64,000 nt of DNA from Pelagomonas calceolata. Lineage: Eukaryota. Position 1 is the stretch's first letter. Every line of letters begins with the position of its first letter. The position numbers and the translations under genes are program-made. The notes beneath the pieces are model-generated. The model had not been told where the DNA came from. It saw nothing but the letters and a program-made list of their open reading frames with translations, and did no database searches. This document shows, piece by piece, positions 19,801 through 29,358 of the stretch. The stretch covers positions 4,154,001-4,218,000 of the forward strand of contig CAKKNE010000004.1 of the NCBI GenBank assembly GCA_918797485.1. Reading direction: 5' to 3'.

Positions 19801-20978
19801 GGCTGCAGCTCCGAGTAGTTCGCGCTTACGAGCGCCGCGTGGAAGGCCGCGGTGCTCAGGGCGGGAAACAGCGTCGTGATCGACGGATCGGGCGAGGCAA
19901 ACACCGACGCCTTGGCCGCGGCCGACCACGAGTACAACGGGCAGCTGCCTCCTAAACAAGCTCCCAGCTTCTTGATACCGACGTCGAACTCCTCCTGCGT
20001 GACCTTGCCGTTGCCGTCCCGGTCGTAGTGCTTGGCGACCTTGAAGGCCGTCGTGTGGGGCAGCGCGCCCGAGGTATGATGCATTCGATCGGGCAGCGCG
20101 AAGCAGGAGCGCATGTTGACCGAGCGGTACTGTATGTCCAGGGCATTGAGGACGTCCCGCCCCTCGTAATAATACACAGATCCGGTCGTGGCCTTGAGCC
20201 AGCAGTCCTGCTCAAAGTCGCCGCAGCTCGTGTCGCTCATACGGACGTCGCCGCGCGACGACGTGACGCGGGTCTTGCCCGTTAGCAAAGCGTCGGTTAT
20301 CTGCACATCGAACGACCCCGCGACATCTAAAACATCGAGCGCCACGCCCTCTATTCTAAGTCGTTGCGGGTGGCCGACGTCCGCGCCACTCCTAAACGTG
20401 AGCGTCGACGGCGGCGTGGCCACTTTGATGGTCACGAGGCACGTGTCCCGACATGCAAAGCCGGGCGCGTTGTGGCAGCCCTCCGCGTTCGCCACATCAA
20501 TACGCCAGGGCCGGTTCGAGCCCGACCGGTAGTCGTAGCGCGGGTAGACCCAGCGCGAGACCCAGGTCCGCGTCTCGACGCTATTGGAGCCGCCCGGCCT
20601 GACGTCGACGTCGCAGCCGCCGACCCTTATATAGAGGGGCCAGCCGGCCGAGAAGGCGACCTCATCCACTAAATATGTGGCGGCCCGGTACCACGTCGTC
20701 GCGACGGCCGCCGCGAGGCATGTTAATACTATAAGAGTGATGAAGCGGGTCAGGCGCTTGCGCCTTGTGCCGTCGCCGCCGCTCTGGCGCTCTGTCTGAA
20801 CGGGCGGCGGGGCCTCCTCGTCGTCGGCTTCGGGAGGTGGTTGCGCCGGAGCTGCGTCCTCCTGGGGCCTCCGCGTCTGGCGGCCGCGGCGGACCACGAC
20901 GCGCCGCGCCGGTGCTGGTGCTGGTCCTGGCGCGGCGCCGCGCAGGTCGACGGCTACTGGGGCAGGCTGGTCAGCCAT
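16893..20978 (-). CDS. Large multi-pass membrane protein with EF-hand motifs, function unknown
   Basis: 1361-aa ORF with several hydrophobic segments; EF-hand loops DRDGNGKVTQEEF, DADGSGGISRREL, NENLDAVISPAEF. Confidence 0.75.
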   Translation of the reverse strand: MADQPAPVAVDLRGAAPGPAPAPARRVVVRRGRQTRRPQEDAAPAQPPPEADDEEAPPPVQTERQSGGDGTRRKRLTRFITLIVLTCLAAAVATTWYRAATYLVDEVAFSAGWPLYIRVGGCDVDVRPGGSNSVETRTWVSRWVYPRYDYRSGSNRPWRIDVANAEGCHNAPGFACRDTCLVTIKVATPPSTLTFRSGADVGHPQRLRIEGVALDVLDVAGSFDVQITDALLTGKTRVTSSRGDVRMSDTSCGDFEQDCWLKATTGSVYYYEGRDVLNALDIQYRSVNMRSCFALPDRMHHTSGALPHTTAFKVAKHYDRDGNGKVTQEEFDVGIKKLGACLGGSCPLYSWSAAAKASVFASPDPSITTLFPALSTAAFHAALVSANYSELQPSTYRTLSIARNKRSTGAVQNRSIRLEASAGEIRLELSNASNLTYVAPQDAAPLGARLLPTDAESLMPLRDAYGDASLLTNRDVFAVIDVMSSPGVPADRWLYTSNEVYFELQPPLLDLISYGTVRPRVARFEVRLTDGEACAPGAAALDTDAKMAAARARVYEELRRTLKPRLQAELGGALARVKPRNSRDSFPRLASYSRYSPTDPFHEEDYRQVMMRGRGRRAFNISLALAALATVWALVVGARYLGALHALADRNAVIQMRLRNAESERRSRAVASKEIISEEVDEEGLGIDSDALAWDSRGRFANFWNAPQWFCGVVNGCTELATPLLRPIATIDAMVVAPIRRHFVDGRSKFFRMRCKAAHTRGVAPTETTECDLKIFTQAYRVFCPKKRLKADAFTTIGDTQRYLVATHNLRLRTHKLPRLAGRVWTQVPAFIGDARPLVEHARCFAAAAEVNRILETATEGTGDLTSFLSERTRPAGAGIHDEDVVIGLVDEPVVLGEGAYGWKPGLLRVYDEWCLATGRPAVSRDILAGEIAAQGVAQSYRVAALGLELRNFPGGGGKGLRLPLSFYFEHVVSVLLHVTVFVLPAIWVIWICMMFQFRHAKLGGYVVADDARREHAWSPYDTDIVRRYFAGTGIQGGVVAGVVLAYLVVAWVVLVVEYIGDGVPPGHDWHTCWARSPPLPRPLQQVIKWCFVLVTLPFALLPFSLILAAIWVLGSAILDPNQFLARTAAFAALVTTLTSIGNQLRGAASAKAASVRDQLRGRLSAVLETWLREHRDATSGKKADDVAARAKEQVAFAKQVAGANDDVQALCAVLDADGSGGISRRELGALVALLDVPTFDHAKVDQVFAYANENLDAVISPAEFEAAWTWVENEVVDAALEAAGLTDRFITAAIGTALVLLLGLFIFIFQLVYAWSEGGTFGAVVESLLIAATAFSVRYLPSSRKVLPEAMVRKAEAKDV

Positions 20979-21322
20979 TGACTCTTGCCTCGAGGCACCA
21001 GCGCGTGTCGTCCGATTCGGTGCGGGCAGCGTCCCGTGGACGCAAAATGTGACGCAAAGGGAACAAGACGATGTCCTGTGCGTTCCTGCGGCCTCACGCG
21101 ACTCGCACCGCGACTCGCACCAGCCAAACGATCGAGACCCGCCGAGGTCGGGGGTTTCGGGCTATGGTATTCCGAGGCCATATATGTATTACTATGTCTA
21201 GCTAGCACTGGTCAACATGTCCTCGGGCGGGCGTGCGGTCACGCAGACCCGCGGTCCGCGGCTAGCCGGCTAGCCGGCCGAGCTCTAAGCAAAGCAATAA
21301 TAAGGTTAGACCCCGCCGCCCA

Positions 21323-22270
21323 TCACCGGGACTTCTTCAGCTCGCGCGCCGCGAACTCCGGCAGGATGAAGGACGCCGCGTGGACGTCGGGATTGTAGTA
21401 CCTCAATAGCTTTTGGAGCGATGTTGTTGGTGCGCGCGTCGGCCGGATGAGCGCCCGCTCGCCGTCGTCCAGCGAACAGAGCACGAAGCCGATCTGGCCG
21501 GAAGGGTACGTCGGCACCGTGGTGTACGCGTATTCTACCGAGGGAAACGTCGCGCGGCAGGCGGTCACGACCTTCGCTATAAGAGGTAGATGCAGCCACA
21601 AGCACTCGCCCTGCGTGCAGACGATGCCATTTGGTGCCAATGCGGCCTTCATGGAGTCGTAGAAGGCCGGCGCGAAGAGCGTCTCGGCCGGTCCGACTGG
21701 ATCCGAAGAGTCCACAATAATCACATCGTAGCCCGGCCACTGACTCGAGCGTCGTTTCAACGCCGCCGCGATGGCCGGGTCGCTAGAATCACCCTTTCCA
21801 TCCACAATCGCCTTGAGATACGCGGCAGCGTCCGCATGCACCAGGGTCAAGCGAGGATCGTCGAAGGACGTAGCCGTAGAATCCGAGAAGTGCTCCTTCG
21901 CCACTGCGACGACCTGCTCGTCGATCTCGCACATGTCGATCACTTCGACGCACGAGTGCCGCGCGACCTCCCGCAGGACACCGCCGTCGCCGCCGCCCAC
22001 GATGCACACTCGTTTGGGTTCCGCGTGGGCGAACAACGGCAGATGGGCGATCATCTCCTGATAAGCAAATTCATCTCTTTCAGTTAATTGGATCACGCCA
22101 TCTAACACTAAAACTTTCCCATACGTCTCGGACTGGAAGACGAGAATGTCCTGGAATTTCGAGCGGGAGCGGTGCAGGACGCCGTCCTTCTTGACTTTCA
22201 ACGAAAAACGCTGGCCGGGCCACATCACTTCGGACTCGGCGAACCAGTCGCCGGTGATGAGCGCGGCCAT
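21323..22270 (-). CDS. speE: Spermidine synthase (alternative upstream in-frame ATG at 22339)
   Basis: WPGQRFSL, SKFQDI, LVLDGVIQLTERDEFAYQEM, IVGGGDGGVLRE, DVIIVDSSDPVGPA, VPTYPSGQIGF, YYNPDVHAASFILP. Confidence 0.96.
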   Translation of the reverse strand: MAALITGDWFAESEVMWPGQRFSLKVKKDGVLHRSRSKFQDILVFQSETYGKVLVLDGVIQLTERDEFAYQEMIAHLPLFAHAEPKRVCIVGGGDGGVLREVARHSCVEVIDMCEIDEQVVAVAKEHFSDSTATSFDDPRLTLVHADAAAYLKAIVDGKGDSSDPAIAAALKRRSSQWPGYDVIIVDSSDPVGPAETLFAPAFYDSMKAALAPNGIVCTQGECLWLHLPLIAKVVTACRATFPSVEYAYTTVPTYPSGQIGFVLCSLDDGERALIRPTRAPTTSLQKLLRYYNPDVHAASFILPEFAARELKKSR

Positions 22271-22521
22271 TTTGTTCCTTATCGATGCGGTGCTTTGGAC
22301 GATAGCGATGCAGCAGAGAGCGCTGAGCAGTGTTCGCATGCGCCGGCGAGGTGTGACGACGCGGCGATGGCGTGCAGTGGGCTAGAAGTACTCTGGACGC
22401 CCACGCCACGCGAACGAAGCGTCTGCGAGCAGCGATGTTGTACTGGCGCAGCAAGTGAAGCGGCGTTTCGACAAGTATACGTGCGTCTAAGCCGCCAGCC
22501 ACTTCTAGAGCAAAAGCGATA

Positions 22522-22544
22522 GCTAGCGCCTGTAAGACACTAGA
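22522..22544 (+). promoter_or_regulatory. Recurrent CTAG-N13-CTAG motif
   Basis: gctagcgcctgtaagacactaga, between divergent genes. Confidence 0.65.
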
Positions 22545-22659
22545 AAGTCTCGGTCTGGAGCTTTTAACAGGACCGACGCGGCGTTTCTGCCAAGGGCAAA
22601 CGTGTCGAGACGTTTATCTTGCATTGCTGCGACTGGCGCAGGCGAAGCGCCGCACCAGT

Positions 22660-25600
22660 ATGGCTTTAGCCGTGACCAGCACCACCGCCGCCTGGCCACA
22701 CGAGTCCGACGGCGTCGTCTTCGCGTCGCTCGAGGAGCAGAAAACACTCTGGTGGTGCCGCGACGGCGGCCTGGCGCAGGCTTCTTCCAAAATCGTGCGC
22801 GTGGCGCTGGACCGCGGCGGCCGCGCGGCCTGCGCCGCGGCCGACGGTGTTATACATGCGCTGGCGCCGCATCTGCGCGGCGCGGCGCGCGAGTGGCGCT
22901 GCGTCGCTCAAACGAAGACGGACGTGCCCTCTGTTGAAACGTGGCTCGCCTTCGACTGCGCCCGGGACGGTAGGGTACTGGTCGCGACGGCGCACGGTTT
23001 AAATGTCTTCGCGCCGTCCCTAGCTAATGAAGAGGCCGTCGAGGACCACGGCCTCACGCTCAACGCGGCGGCACTATCCAATTCCGGCGCGTGCCTCGCT
23101 GCATCAAGCGAAAATCGCCTCGTGGCCTGGCATCGCACAGAAGAGCGGTGGATCAACGTGGCGCTGCACCACGACTGCAACCGCGGCTACACCGACCTAA
23201 GGTGGGCGGACGAAGGCCGGGAGCGCCTGCTTTGTGTATCGGAGGACGGCGCGGTCCGCGTCCTTGCATTGGAACGGAAGGGCCGCGACGGGCCCCTCGC
23301 GCTCGAGCCCTTCTGTCAAATGCGCGAGCCCGGGCCTGATTTGGTAGCGGCGACGTGGGCTCCATCAGCTGATGATGGGACGGCGCGCGTTTGTGTAACG
23401 CGAGAAACAGATGACGGCCTCGACGTTGAACTAAGACGCGTCCACGGCGCGCCGTCGGACGACGCCTTCGCCGCGCGCGTGCGGCCCGGCGATAGTGTAG
23501 AGGCCGACGCGGCGTTTACCTTGGCTAGTCCATCAAGTGGGATAAAGACGGTCGTCGCCCTGGACTCTGAAAGGGTCGTTGTTGTTAGTAAGGTGGAGGC
23601 GGAGTCCGTCTATCACGATGGCGCGCCGCGGCCGCTCCGCGATTTACTGGAGACGCCGTCTTCTACTATCATAGCGCACCCCTTTCGTAATGAGCTGGCG
23701 GTCCTCGAAGGGAAGCGGTGCCGCATGTCTACGTGGGATGCTTCGAGCCAAGGCGGCTGGGCCCGAAATGACGATCCTCTACGATTGCAGAGCGAGGACG
23801 AGGCCGCGACCCGGTACAGCGGCGCGTTCCCCTTTTTCACAAAATCCGTGGAGCTAAGTGGAAACGCTCTGGGGGCGTGCTGGCGCGGCGATGACCTTAT
23901 TGTAGCGTTGGAGACTGGTGAAATTGTCTCGGACGACAGAACGCTCGCGGCGTCGGCGCCCGTTACTCAAGTGCACGCTTTACTAGCTCGCGGCGACGTG
24001 GTCGCGCGCGTCTCGAACACGAGCTTAACAGCTTGGCGCGCCGGAAAACTCGTGGATGAAGTGTCGATGGCGCCGACGTGCGCGGCGACGCACGCGTGGC
24101 TTTTACCGGCGAGCGCCGCGGCGGTCCTCGTCGGTGATGGAGACGGCATTAAGATAGCGGAGCTGCGCGCGGACCGCTGGGTCCTGGAGACCGCCGTCGC
24201 TTGTGCGGCGCCCTCTTTACTATGTACGGCGGCGGCCGGCGCGCGCGTCGCGTCATACACTACTGAGATCACCCTCTACCGGCGCGGTGACGCGACGGAC
24301 GCCTTCCGCCTGGAGAAACTTTCAACAATTCAAGCGTCCGACCCCGTCGTCGCGATGCGGTTTCCCGACGACGCCTCGTCGCGGACGCGCTGCGCGCACG
24401 CGTCAATCGAAAAACCCTGGGCCGCCCCTCCCTCACACCTGGCCACGTCCCATCGAAACGGCGTCGTCCGCGTCTACGTGCAGAGAGGAGACGCCTGGGC
24501 GCTGTGGAGGCGCCTCGAGCCCGTCAGCGGCGTCGCGGGGCGGGCCTTCGCGGGCGTCGCGGATTTGGTCGAGGCGGAGCGCCCTCCTAGACGACGAGCG
24601 CTCGCGCGAGCGTGCGCGGTCTGCGCTGGGGTGGAGGACGACGAAGGTTCGGACGACGAAGAGGACGACCAACTCGCGGCGATCGTCGCCGGCGCAGCAC
24701 AGGGGAGCACGTTAGTAGAGATTGCCGCGAGGGCGCGCAGCGACGGTGACGAGCCGCTCTTCGGCCTGGCGGTCGTACATTTGCTGCTCGCGGCTGACGA
24801 ACGGGAGGTCGACCTCTCGCGGATTCAACAGGGAGATGCTAAGCAAGCGGGCCCCGTCGCATTACAAGTTTTAAGGAGGGACCGCCTGAGCTGGTGGGCG
24901 CCCACGCGGACGCTCAAGAAGACGGTGGAGGAGGCCGCGGCCGCGTGCGCGCGCCTCGCGGCCAAGGGCGGCCGCGACGTCCCCGGCAGCGCGGCCTCCT
25001 CCGCGTTGCTATACGTGGCCTGCGGGCGCGTCGCGACCCTAAAAACGCTGGCGCGGTCCGACTCGTCGCGAGGAGGTTTGTGCGGCGACTGGGGTCGGAA
25101 ACTCGGCAAGCTTCTACAATTCGACTTTGGGACCGAGCGGGGGCAAATTGCGGGCCGCAAGAACGCCTACGCTTTATTAGCGAAGCACGAACCGGCCTTG
25201 GCCTGCGCGGCGTTCCTGCTGGCTGGCGACGTGCCCGACGCGTGTAGCGTCGCGCTGTCGAAGCTGCAAGATCCGGAGCTTTCGTTGATGATTGCGCGGC
25301 TGGCCGACGGCCACGATGGCTTGGTCTGTGGGCCTCTGGCGCGCAAGGCCCTACGAGGCATCCTCCGCGCGTACGACTGCTCTCCCGAGACGGCCGCGCT
25401 CGCGTCGGTCTGGCTCGGGCGGCCGCAGCGGGCCGCGCGCCACGTCGCGTCCATCGTCGCCGCCGCGCGGACGCCCAGCGAAACGTCTCCGCTTGAAGCC
25501 TTCGAGGCCGCGTTCAACACAATCCACGGTCCGGGCCTCGTCCGGCGCTTGGTCGGGACGGCGGGCGCGCGGCGCGTCGCGCTGGACGGCGCCCGGGCCT

Positions 25601-28600
25601 GCCTGAACCGCGGCGCGCCGACCGCTGCCCTCGCGGCGCTCGCGGCGCTGGATGCGGAGGTCGCGCCGTTCTCCAGTCCCGTGCGCCGCTTCGCGGCCGC
25701 CGGCGCGGCGCCGCCGGCGCCGCCGCCGGCGTCCTCGATCTTCGACGACTTCGCCGCCGCGCCGCAGCGGCCGGCGCCCGCGGCGCCGGCGGCGTCGTCC
25801 ATATTCGACGACTTCGACGCGGCGCCGCCCCGCAAGGCCCCGCCGCCGCCCCAGGCGGAATCCTCCATCTTCGACGGCTTCGACGCGGCACCACAACGGC
25901 AAGTAGCGCCGCCGCCGCCTCCGCAAAGCTCCATCTTCGACGAGTTCGACGCGGCACCACAGCAGCGCCAAGCCCCGCCTTCCATGCTCGACGGCTTCGA
26001 CGCCGCGCCGCAGCGGCCAGCAGCGCCGCCGTCGATGCTCGACGGTTTTGACGCCGCGCCGCAGCGGCGGGCGCCGGCCGCCGATACGCCGCCCGCGCGC
26101 GAGGACGCCCCGACGGAAGCGGCGTCGTCCGGCGACGACGACACCCCGGAGGCGCCGCCGCCACCACGGGAGCGCGCGCGCGAGGTGGCCCTGGAGGCCG
26201 CGGCGGCGCGGCTCGCGGCACGCGCGCGGGCCTGCGCGCGCCAGGTCGGCGGCGATGATGTAAAAGCGCGCCTCGCCGCGCTGAAGACCGAAGCGAAGGA
26301 GCTCCGGGCGACGCACGGCCTCGCAGCGACGGAACTTAGTGAAGCGGCCCTCGCGACCCTCGCGGCAGAACCCGGACCGCGGCCCGCGACGGCTTATACG
26401 ATCATCCACGCGGCGACATCAAATGATCCGACGGCCGCGGCCCGGCGCGTCTTGACAAAGGCCGCGACGGACGCGCTGCGATTCGCCTCCCTCCCGAACG
26501 ACGCGGCGCCCTCTTCACAAGCGCGCGCCGAAGCCAATCAGACGGCGGACGACCTGCGCGCCTGCGTGACACTCTCCGAATCCTTGGAGAACTTCGCCTC
26601 CCAAAAGCTCGCGCAGCGGGCGGCGGCCGGCGCACGATGTGCTTCGACGAAAGCGCCGCCCGAACGGCGCAGAAGGGTCTACCGTTGTTTATTGGAGCAC
26701 CCCCCCCAGCAATCAAGCGACGAGGTCAACGGCGCGGCCGGCGCGGCTCTTGACTTAGCAAAGCGCTTCGACGACTCGAGAGGCTGGGACCGGCTCCGAG
26801 CTTTAGACAGGAGAGGCGCCGAGGACGCGCTGCAAGACAAAGCACCTGGTTCATTTCTGTTGAGGCCCCAGCAGGGGTCGAGCGGCGACGCCGCGGTGGC
26901 CATATCTTTTGTGGTGGAAGGGAATCAGGTGCAGCACGCCATTATTCGCGTCTCAGAAAATGACGGGGGATTAGAGTACCGGTCGGGGCGCCTGGGCCCC
27001 GCTTCGTCATTATGGTTAGTATTGGAGGAGATTTCGGAGCGACTCGGCGGCGCGGGCCTGGATCTGACGGAAGCGGCGACGACGTGGCCCTCGGAAGCAC
27101 TTGATCAACATTTGCCTCCTGATGTTGGTGGTGATTTAGATGATCTGGGCGGGCACTGGGCCTCTTCTGCTTCATTACCCGGAATCTACTGGTCCGCGGG
27201 CGAGCGAAGGAAGCGCATTGTGGATGTGTTGGCGTGTGACGAGTTGAGGAAGCAACTTCGGGACCTCGGGGCTTTGTCGCCACCGTTGGAGCGACGCGCC
27301 TCCGCTTTAAGAAAAGAAATACTCCGGCAGCTCACGCCTCCTCTCCAAGACCTCCACCACGGTATTAGTGATGGTAGAAGGCATAGATCGCCCGCTCCTT
27401 TGCGGCGGGGCTCGCCCGTGGCGTCGCCTCCCACGTCGCCGCCGCGGCAGAAGCCAATTGCTGCGGAGGACGGCCACGTCCTGGCGCAATTATTGCATCC
27501 GCGGTCGGGCGTGTCCCTACGAGCGCCGCGCACGGCCGTCGGCTTCCTCACTCCAAGTGTAAATGCCGTGGTCTCGGCCTGCTTCGCGCCCGACGAGGCG
27601 GCCCAGTGGCTCGCGCAACATGCTCACGCGACGGACGAAGAGGACGCGGCCCGCAAGTTAGACGCGTGGAAGGGTCTGCGCATTCTCGTAGATGCGCCGT
27701 CGCATGAGCCGCAATTGCGTTATGTGGATGCGTGGGAGTGCGAGCCCGTCGGAGACGACGAGGACGAGCTATGTATTGAAGGTACGGTGGCCATCGGACG
27801 GAACTACTATCAACGACCGCAGCCGACCAAAGGTGATTTAAGTCGTTTGTTAGACGTGGACGAGTGGGTGTCTTCAGTTATTAGGAATGCTCATGTGGAC
27901 GTAGATGATGACGATCTGACGACGCCGTGGCCGCCGCAGCCCACTTCGATCGATGTTGATTCGTCTTACAAGAGACACGTGCGGGGCTTTTTGCTTCGCA
28001 ACGCCTGGTTCCGGCGGCACGGGTTGAAAAGGCGTTTTTCGGCTTCTGTTAGGGTGGATCTCGAGGCGCTGGAGACCATGGCCGGGGCCTTATCCCCTGG
28101 AGCGGCGGAGGCCGCGCAAGCGGCACAACGCGCGCCGCCGGTCGACGACGCCTTCGCTGTGTTAAGACTAAGGCACGCCCGGCCGAAGGGCTCGCAGGCG
28201 CCTCCTCCTTTATCGGAGAAGCTGCGGACGCGGGACTCGTGCATCGCCAAAAGACGGGGCAAGGTTCATGTTGGTGGTGGTGCGACCTGGGGCGCCGCGG
28301 CCGCGTTTAGATTTGCGCTGCCGGACGAGGCGCTCCCGCCGCAAAATTCTGTAAGATTGCCGACGCGGGGGCCGCCGACCGTCGCCTACGTCTGCGTCTA
28401 CCGCCGCGAGAAGCACGCGCTGGCCGCGCTCGGCGTGCCGGCTCAGGAGACCTATTTGGGCGACGTGGAAGTACCGCTCGACAACCTGACGGAGGACCAA
28501 CCACTTACACAGTGGCTGCCCCTGAACGGGGGCAAGGGCCAGCACTGGTTTTTGCGCGTCCGCGTGACGCTGGCCTTCGTGCTTTGTGAGCTCGCTGACG

Positions 28601-28680
28601 CGCCTGCCTCTGTTTCTCCGATGCCGACGCCCGACGAGCGGCCGAAGCTCGTGAGTTCGTTTTCGGACTTTGGGGATTAG
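22660..28680 (+). CDS. Rav1/DmX (RAVE/Rabconnectin-3)-like protein: beta-propeller region, Rav1p_C, acidic Phe repeats, SH2-like, DEP-like and C2 domains
   Basis: AGRKNAYALLAKHEPALACAAFLLAG...LQDPELSLMIARL (Rav1p_C-like); LDRRGAEDALQDKAPGSFLLRP...VQHAII (SH2-like); TYLGDVEVPLDNLTEDQPLTQWLPL (C2); first ATG at 22660. Confidence 0.75.
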   Translation: MALAVTSTTAAWPHESDGVVFASLEEQKTLWWCRDGGLAQASSKIVRVALDRGGRAACAAADGVIHALAPHLRGAAREWRCVAQTKTDVPSVETWLAFDCARDGRVLVATAHGLNVFAPSLANEEAVEDHGLTLNAAALSNSGACLAASSENRLVAWHRTEERWINVALHHDCNRGYTDLRWADEGRERLLCVSEDGAVRVLALERKGRDGPLALEPFCQMREPGPDLVAATWAPSADDGTARVCVTRETDDGLDVELRRVHGAPSDDAFAARVRPGDSVEADAAFTLASPSSGIKTVVALDSERVVVVSKVEAESVYHDGAPRPLRDLLETPSSTIIAHPFRNELAVLEGKRCRMSTWDASSQGGWARNDDPLRLQSEDEAATRYSGAFPFFTKSVELSGNALGACWRGDDLIVALETGEIVSDDRTLAASAPVTQVHALLARGDVVARVSNTSLTAWRAGKLVDEVSMAPTCAATHAWLLPASAAAVLVGDGDGIKIAELRADRWVLETAVACAAPSLLCTAAAGARVASYTTEITLYRRGDATDAFRLEKLSTIQASDPVVAMRFPDDASSRTRCAHASIEKPWAAPPSHLATSHRNGVVRVYVQRGDAWALWRRLEPVSGVAGRAFAGVADLVEAERPPRRRALARACAVCAGVEDDEGSDDEEDDQLAAIVAGAAQGSTLVEIAARARSDGDEPLFGLAVVHLLLAADEREVDLSRIQQGDAKQAGPVALQVLRRDRLSWWAPTRTLKKTVEEAAAACARLAAKGGRDVPGSAASSALLYVACGRVATLKTLARSDSSRGGLCGDWGRKLGKLLQFDFGTERGQIAGRKNAYALLAKHEPALACAAFLLAGDVPDACSVALSKLQDPELSLMIARLADGHDGLVCGPLARKALRGILRAYDCSPETAALASVWLGRPQRAARHVASIVAAARTPSETSPLEAFEAAFNTIHGPGLVRRLVGTAGARRVALDGARACLNRGAPTAALAALAALDAEVAPFSSPVRRFAAAGAAPPAPPPASSIFDDFAAAPQRPAPAAPAASSIFDDFDAAPPRKAPPPPQAESSIFDGFDAAPQRQVAPPPPPQSSIFDEFDAAPQQRQAPPSMLDGFDAAPQRPAAPPSMLDGFDAAPQRRAPAADTPPAREDAPTEAASSGDDDTPEAPPPPRERAREVALEAAAARLAARARACARQVGGDDVKARLAALKTEAKELRATHGLAATELSEAALATLAAEPGPRPATAYTIIHAATSNDPTAAARRVLTKAATDALRFASLPNDAAPSSQARAEANQTADDLRACVTLSESLENFASQKLAQRAAAGARCASTKAPPERRRRVYRCLLEHPPQQSSDEVNGAAGAALDLAKRFDDSRGWDRLRALDRRGAEDALQDKAPGSFLLRPQQGSSGDAAVAISFVVEGNQVQHAIIRVSENDGGLEYRSGRLGPASSLWLVLEEISERLGGAGLDLTEAATTWPSEALDQHLPPDVGGDLDDLGGHWASSASLPGIYWSAGERRKRIVDVLACDELRKQLRDLGALSPPLERRASALRKEILRQLTPPLQDLHHGISDGRRHRSPAPLRRGSPVASPPTSPPRQKPIAAEDGHVLAQLLHPRSGVSLRAPRTAVGFLTPSVNAVVSACFAPDEAAQWLAQHAHATDEEDAARKLDAWKGLRILVDAPSHEPQLRYVDAWECEPVGDDEDELCIEGTVAIGRNYYQRPQPTKGDLSRLLDVDEWVSSVIRNAHVDVDDDDLTTPWPPQPTSIDVDSSYKRHVRGFLLRNAWFRRHGLKRRFSASVRVDLEALETMAGALSPGAAEAAQAAQRAPPVDDAFAVLRLRHARPKGSQAPPPLSEKLRTRDSCIAKRRGKVHVGGGATWGAAAAFRFALPDEALPPQNSVRLPTRGPPTVAYVCVYRREKHALAALGVPAQETYLGDVEVPLDNLTEDQPLTQWLPLNGGKGQHWFLRVRVTLAFVLCELADAPASVSPMPTPDERPKLVSSFSDFGD
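25732..26067 (+). repeat. Six in-frame peptide repeats (S/P)S(I/M)(F/L)D(D/G/E)F(D/A)AAP within the Rav1-like gene
   Basis: Directly visible at DNA level (ttcgacgacttcgacgcggcgcc variants) and in the translation. Confidence 0.9.
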
Positions 28681-28703
28681 TTGTGTGATATGTATTCAGA
28701 AAG

Positions 28704-28964
28704 TTAGTCAGAAAACTGCCAGGGTGGATCGGGCATTCTATATGGATAGCGCCACGTTTTCTGCCACGCGCGCCAGGCTTCGGGCGACCCCGTCGCGAGG
28801 AACGACGCCTCCACCCGTTCAACGTCGCCATTCGTGGCTAAAACGGCGTCGCCGATAATGCTCCGGTCCAGTTCCAGCCATTCGGGGAATCTTCGCTCGA
28901 GACCGCGGAGCAATAACCGGCGCGGGACTGGGTGGGCTTGGGATGTGGCTTGGGCTTGGGGCAT
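28704..28964 (-). CDS. Small protein with a CUE-like ubiquitin-binding motif
   Basis: RFPEWLELDRSIIGDAVLATNGDVERV resembles a CUE domain (FP...LD..II..VL....GDVE). Start uncertain: another ATG (MVRTRRG) at 29004 is in a different frame. Confidence 0.4.
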   Translation of the reverse strand: MPQAQATSQAHPVPRRLLLRGLERRFPEWLELDRSIIGDAVLATNGDVERVEASFLATGSPEAWRAWQKTWRYPYRMPDPPWQFSD

Positions 28965-29101
28965 CCTCCTCGCCAGTCGTGGCGCCGCGGCGCGTGCGAA
29001 CCATGATTAATGAGCGACAAAAAAGGCCGAGTCTTCTCGCTGAGACGCGTTGGTGTCGAGCTTAGCGCGTTTAAGTCGAGTTTATTGCCCACAATTTGCT
29101 T

Positions 29102-29124
29102 GCTAGTATCTTACGACCGCTAGC
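29102..29124 (-). promoter_or_regulatory. Recurrent CTAG-N13-CTAG motif
   Basis: Reverse complement reads gctagcggtcgtaagatactagc. Confidence 0.6.
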
Positions 29125-29358
29125 TGTGTTATTTGCTCGATTCTTCCCCCGCGTCCCAATCGTCACCTTTCGTGTGGAGCAGCAGTAACATCTCAACGCT
29201 AGCTAGCTCTGCTTCCGGAAGACACTTCCCTACCGTATCGCGCGCTCGCGCGGTCTGGTAGATTGAGGCTCGGACCCCCTAGGGTGAGTTCGGGTTCTCT
29301 ACTATCAAGTCCTTTTTCGTGTCCAGCCAACTGGCAGGTAAAGGCTGCCCATTTACGC

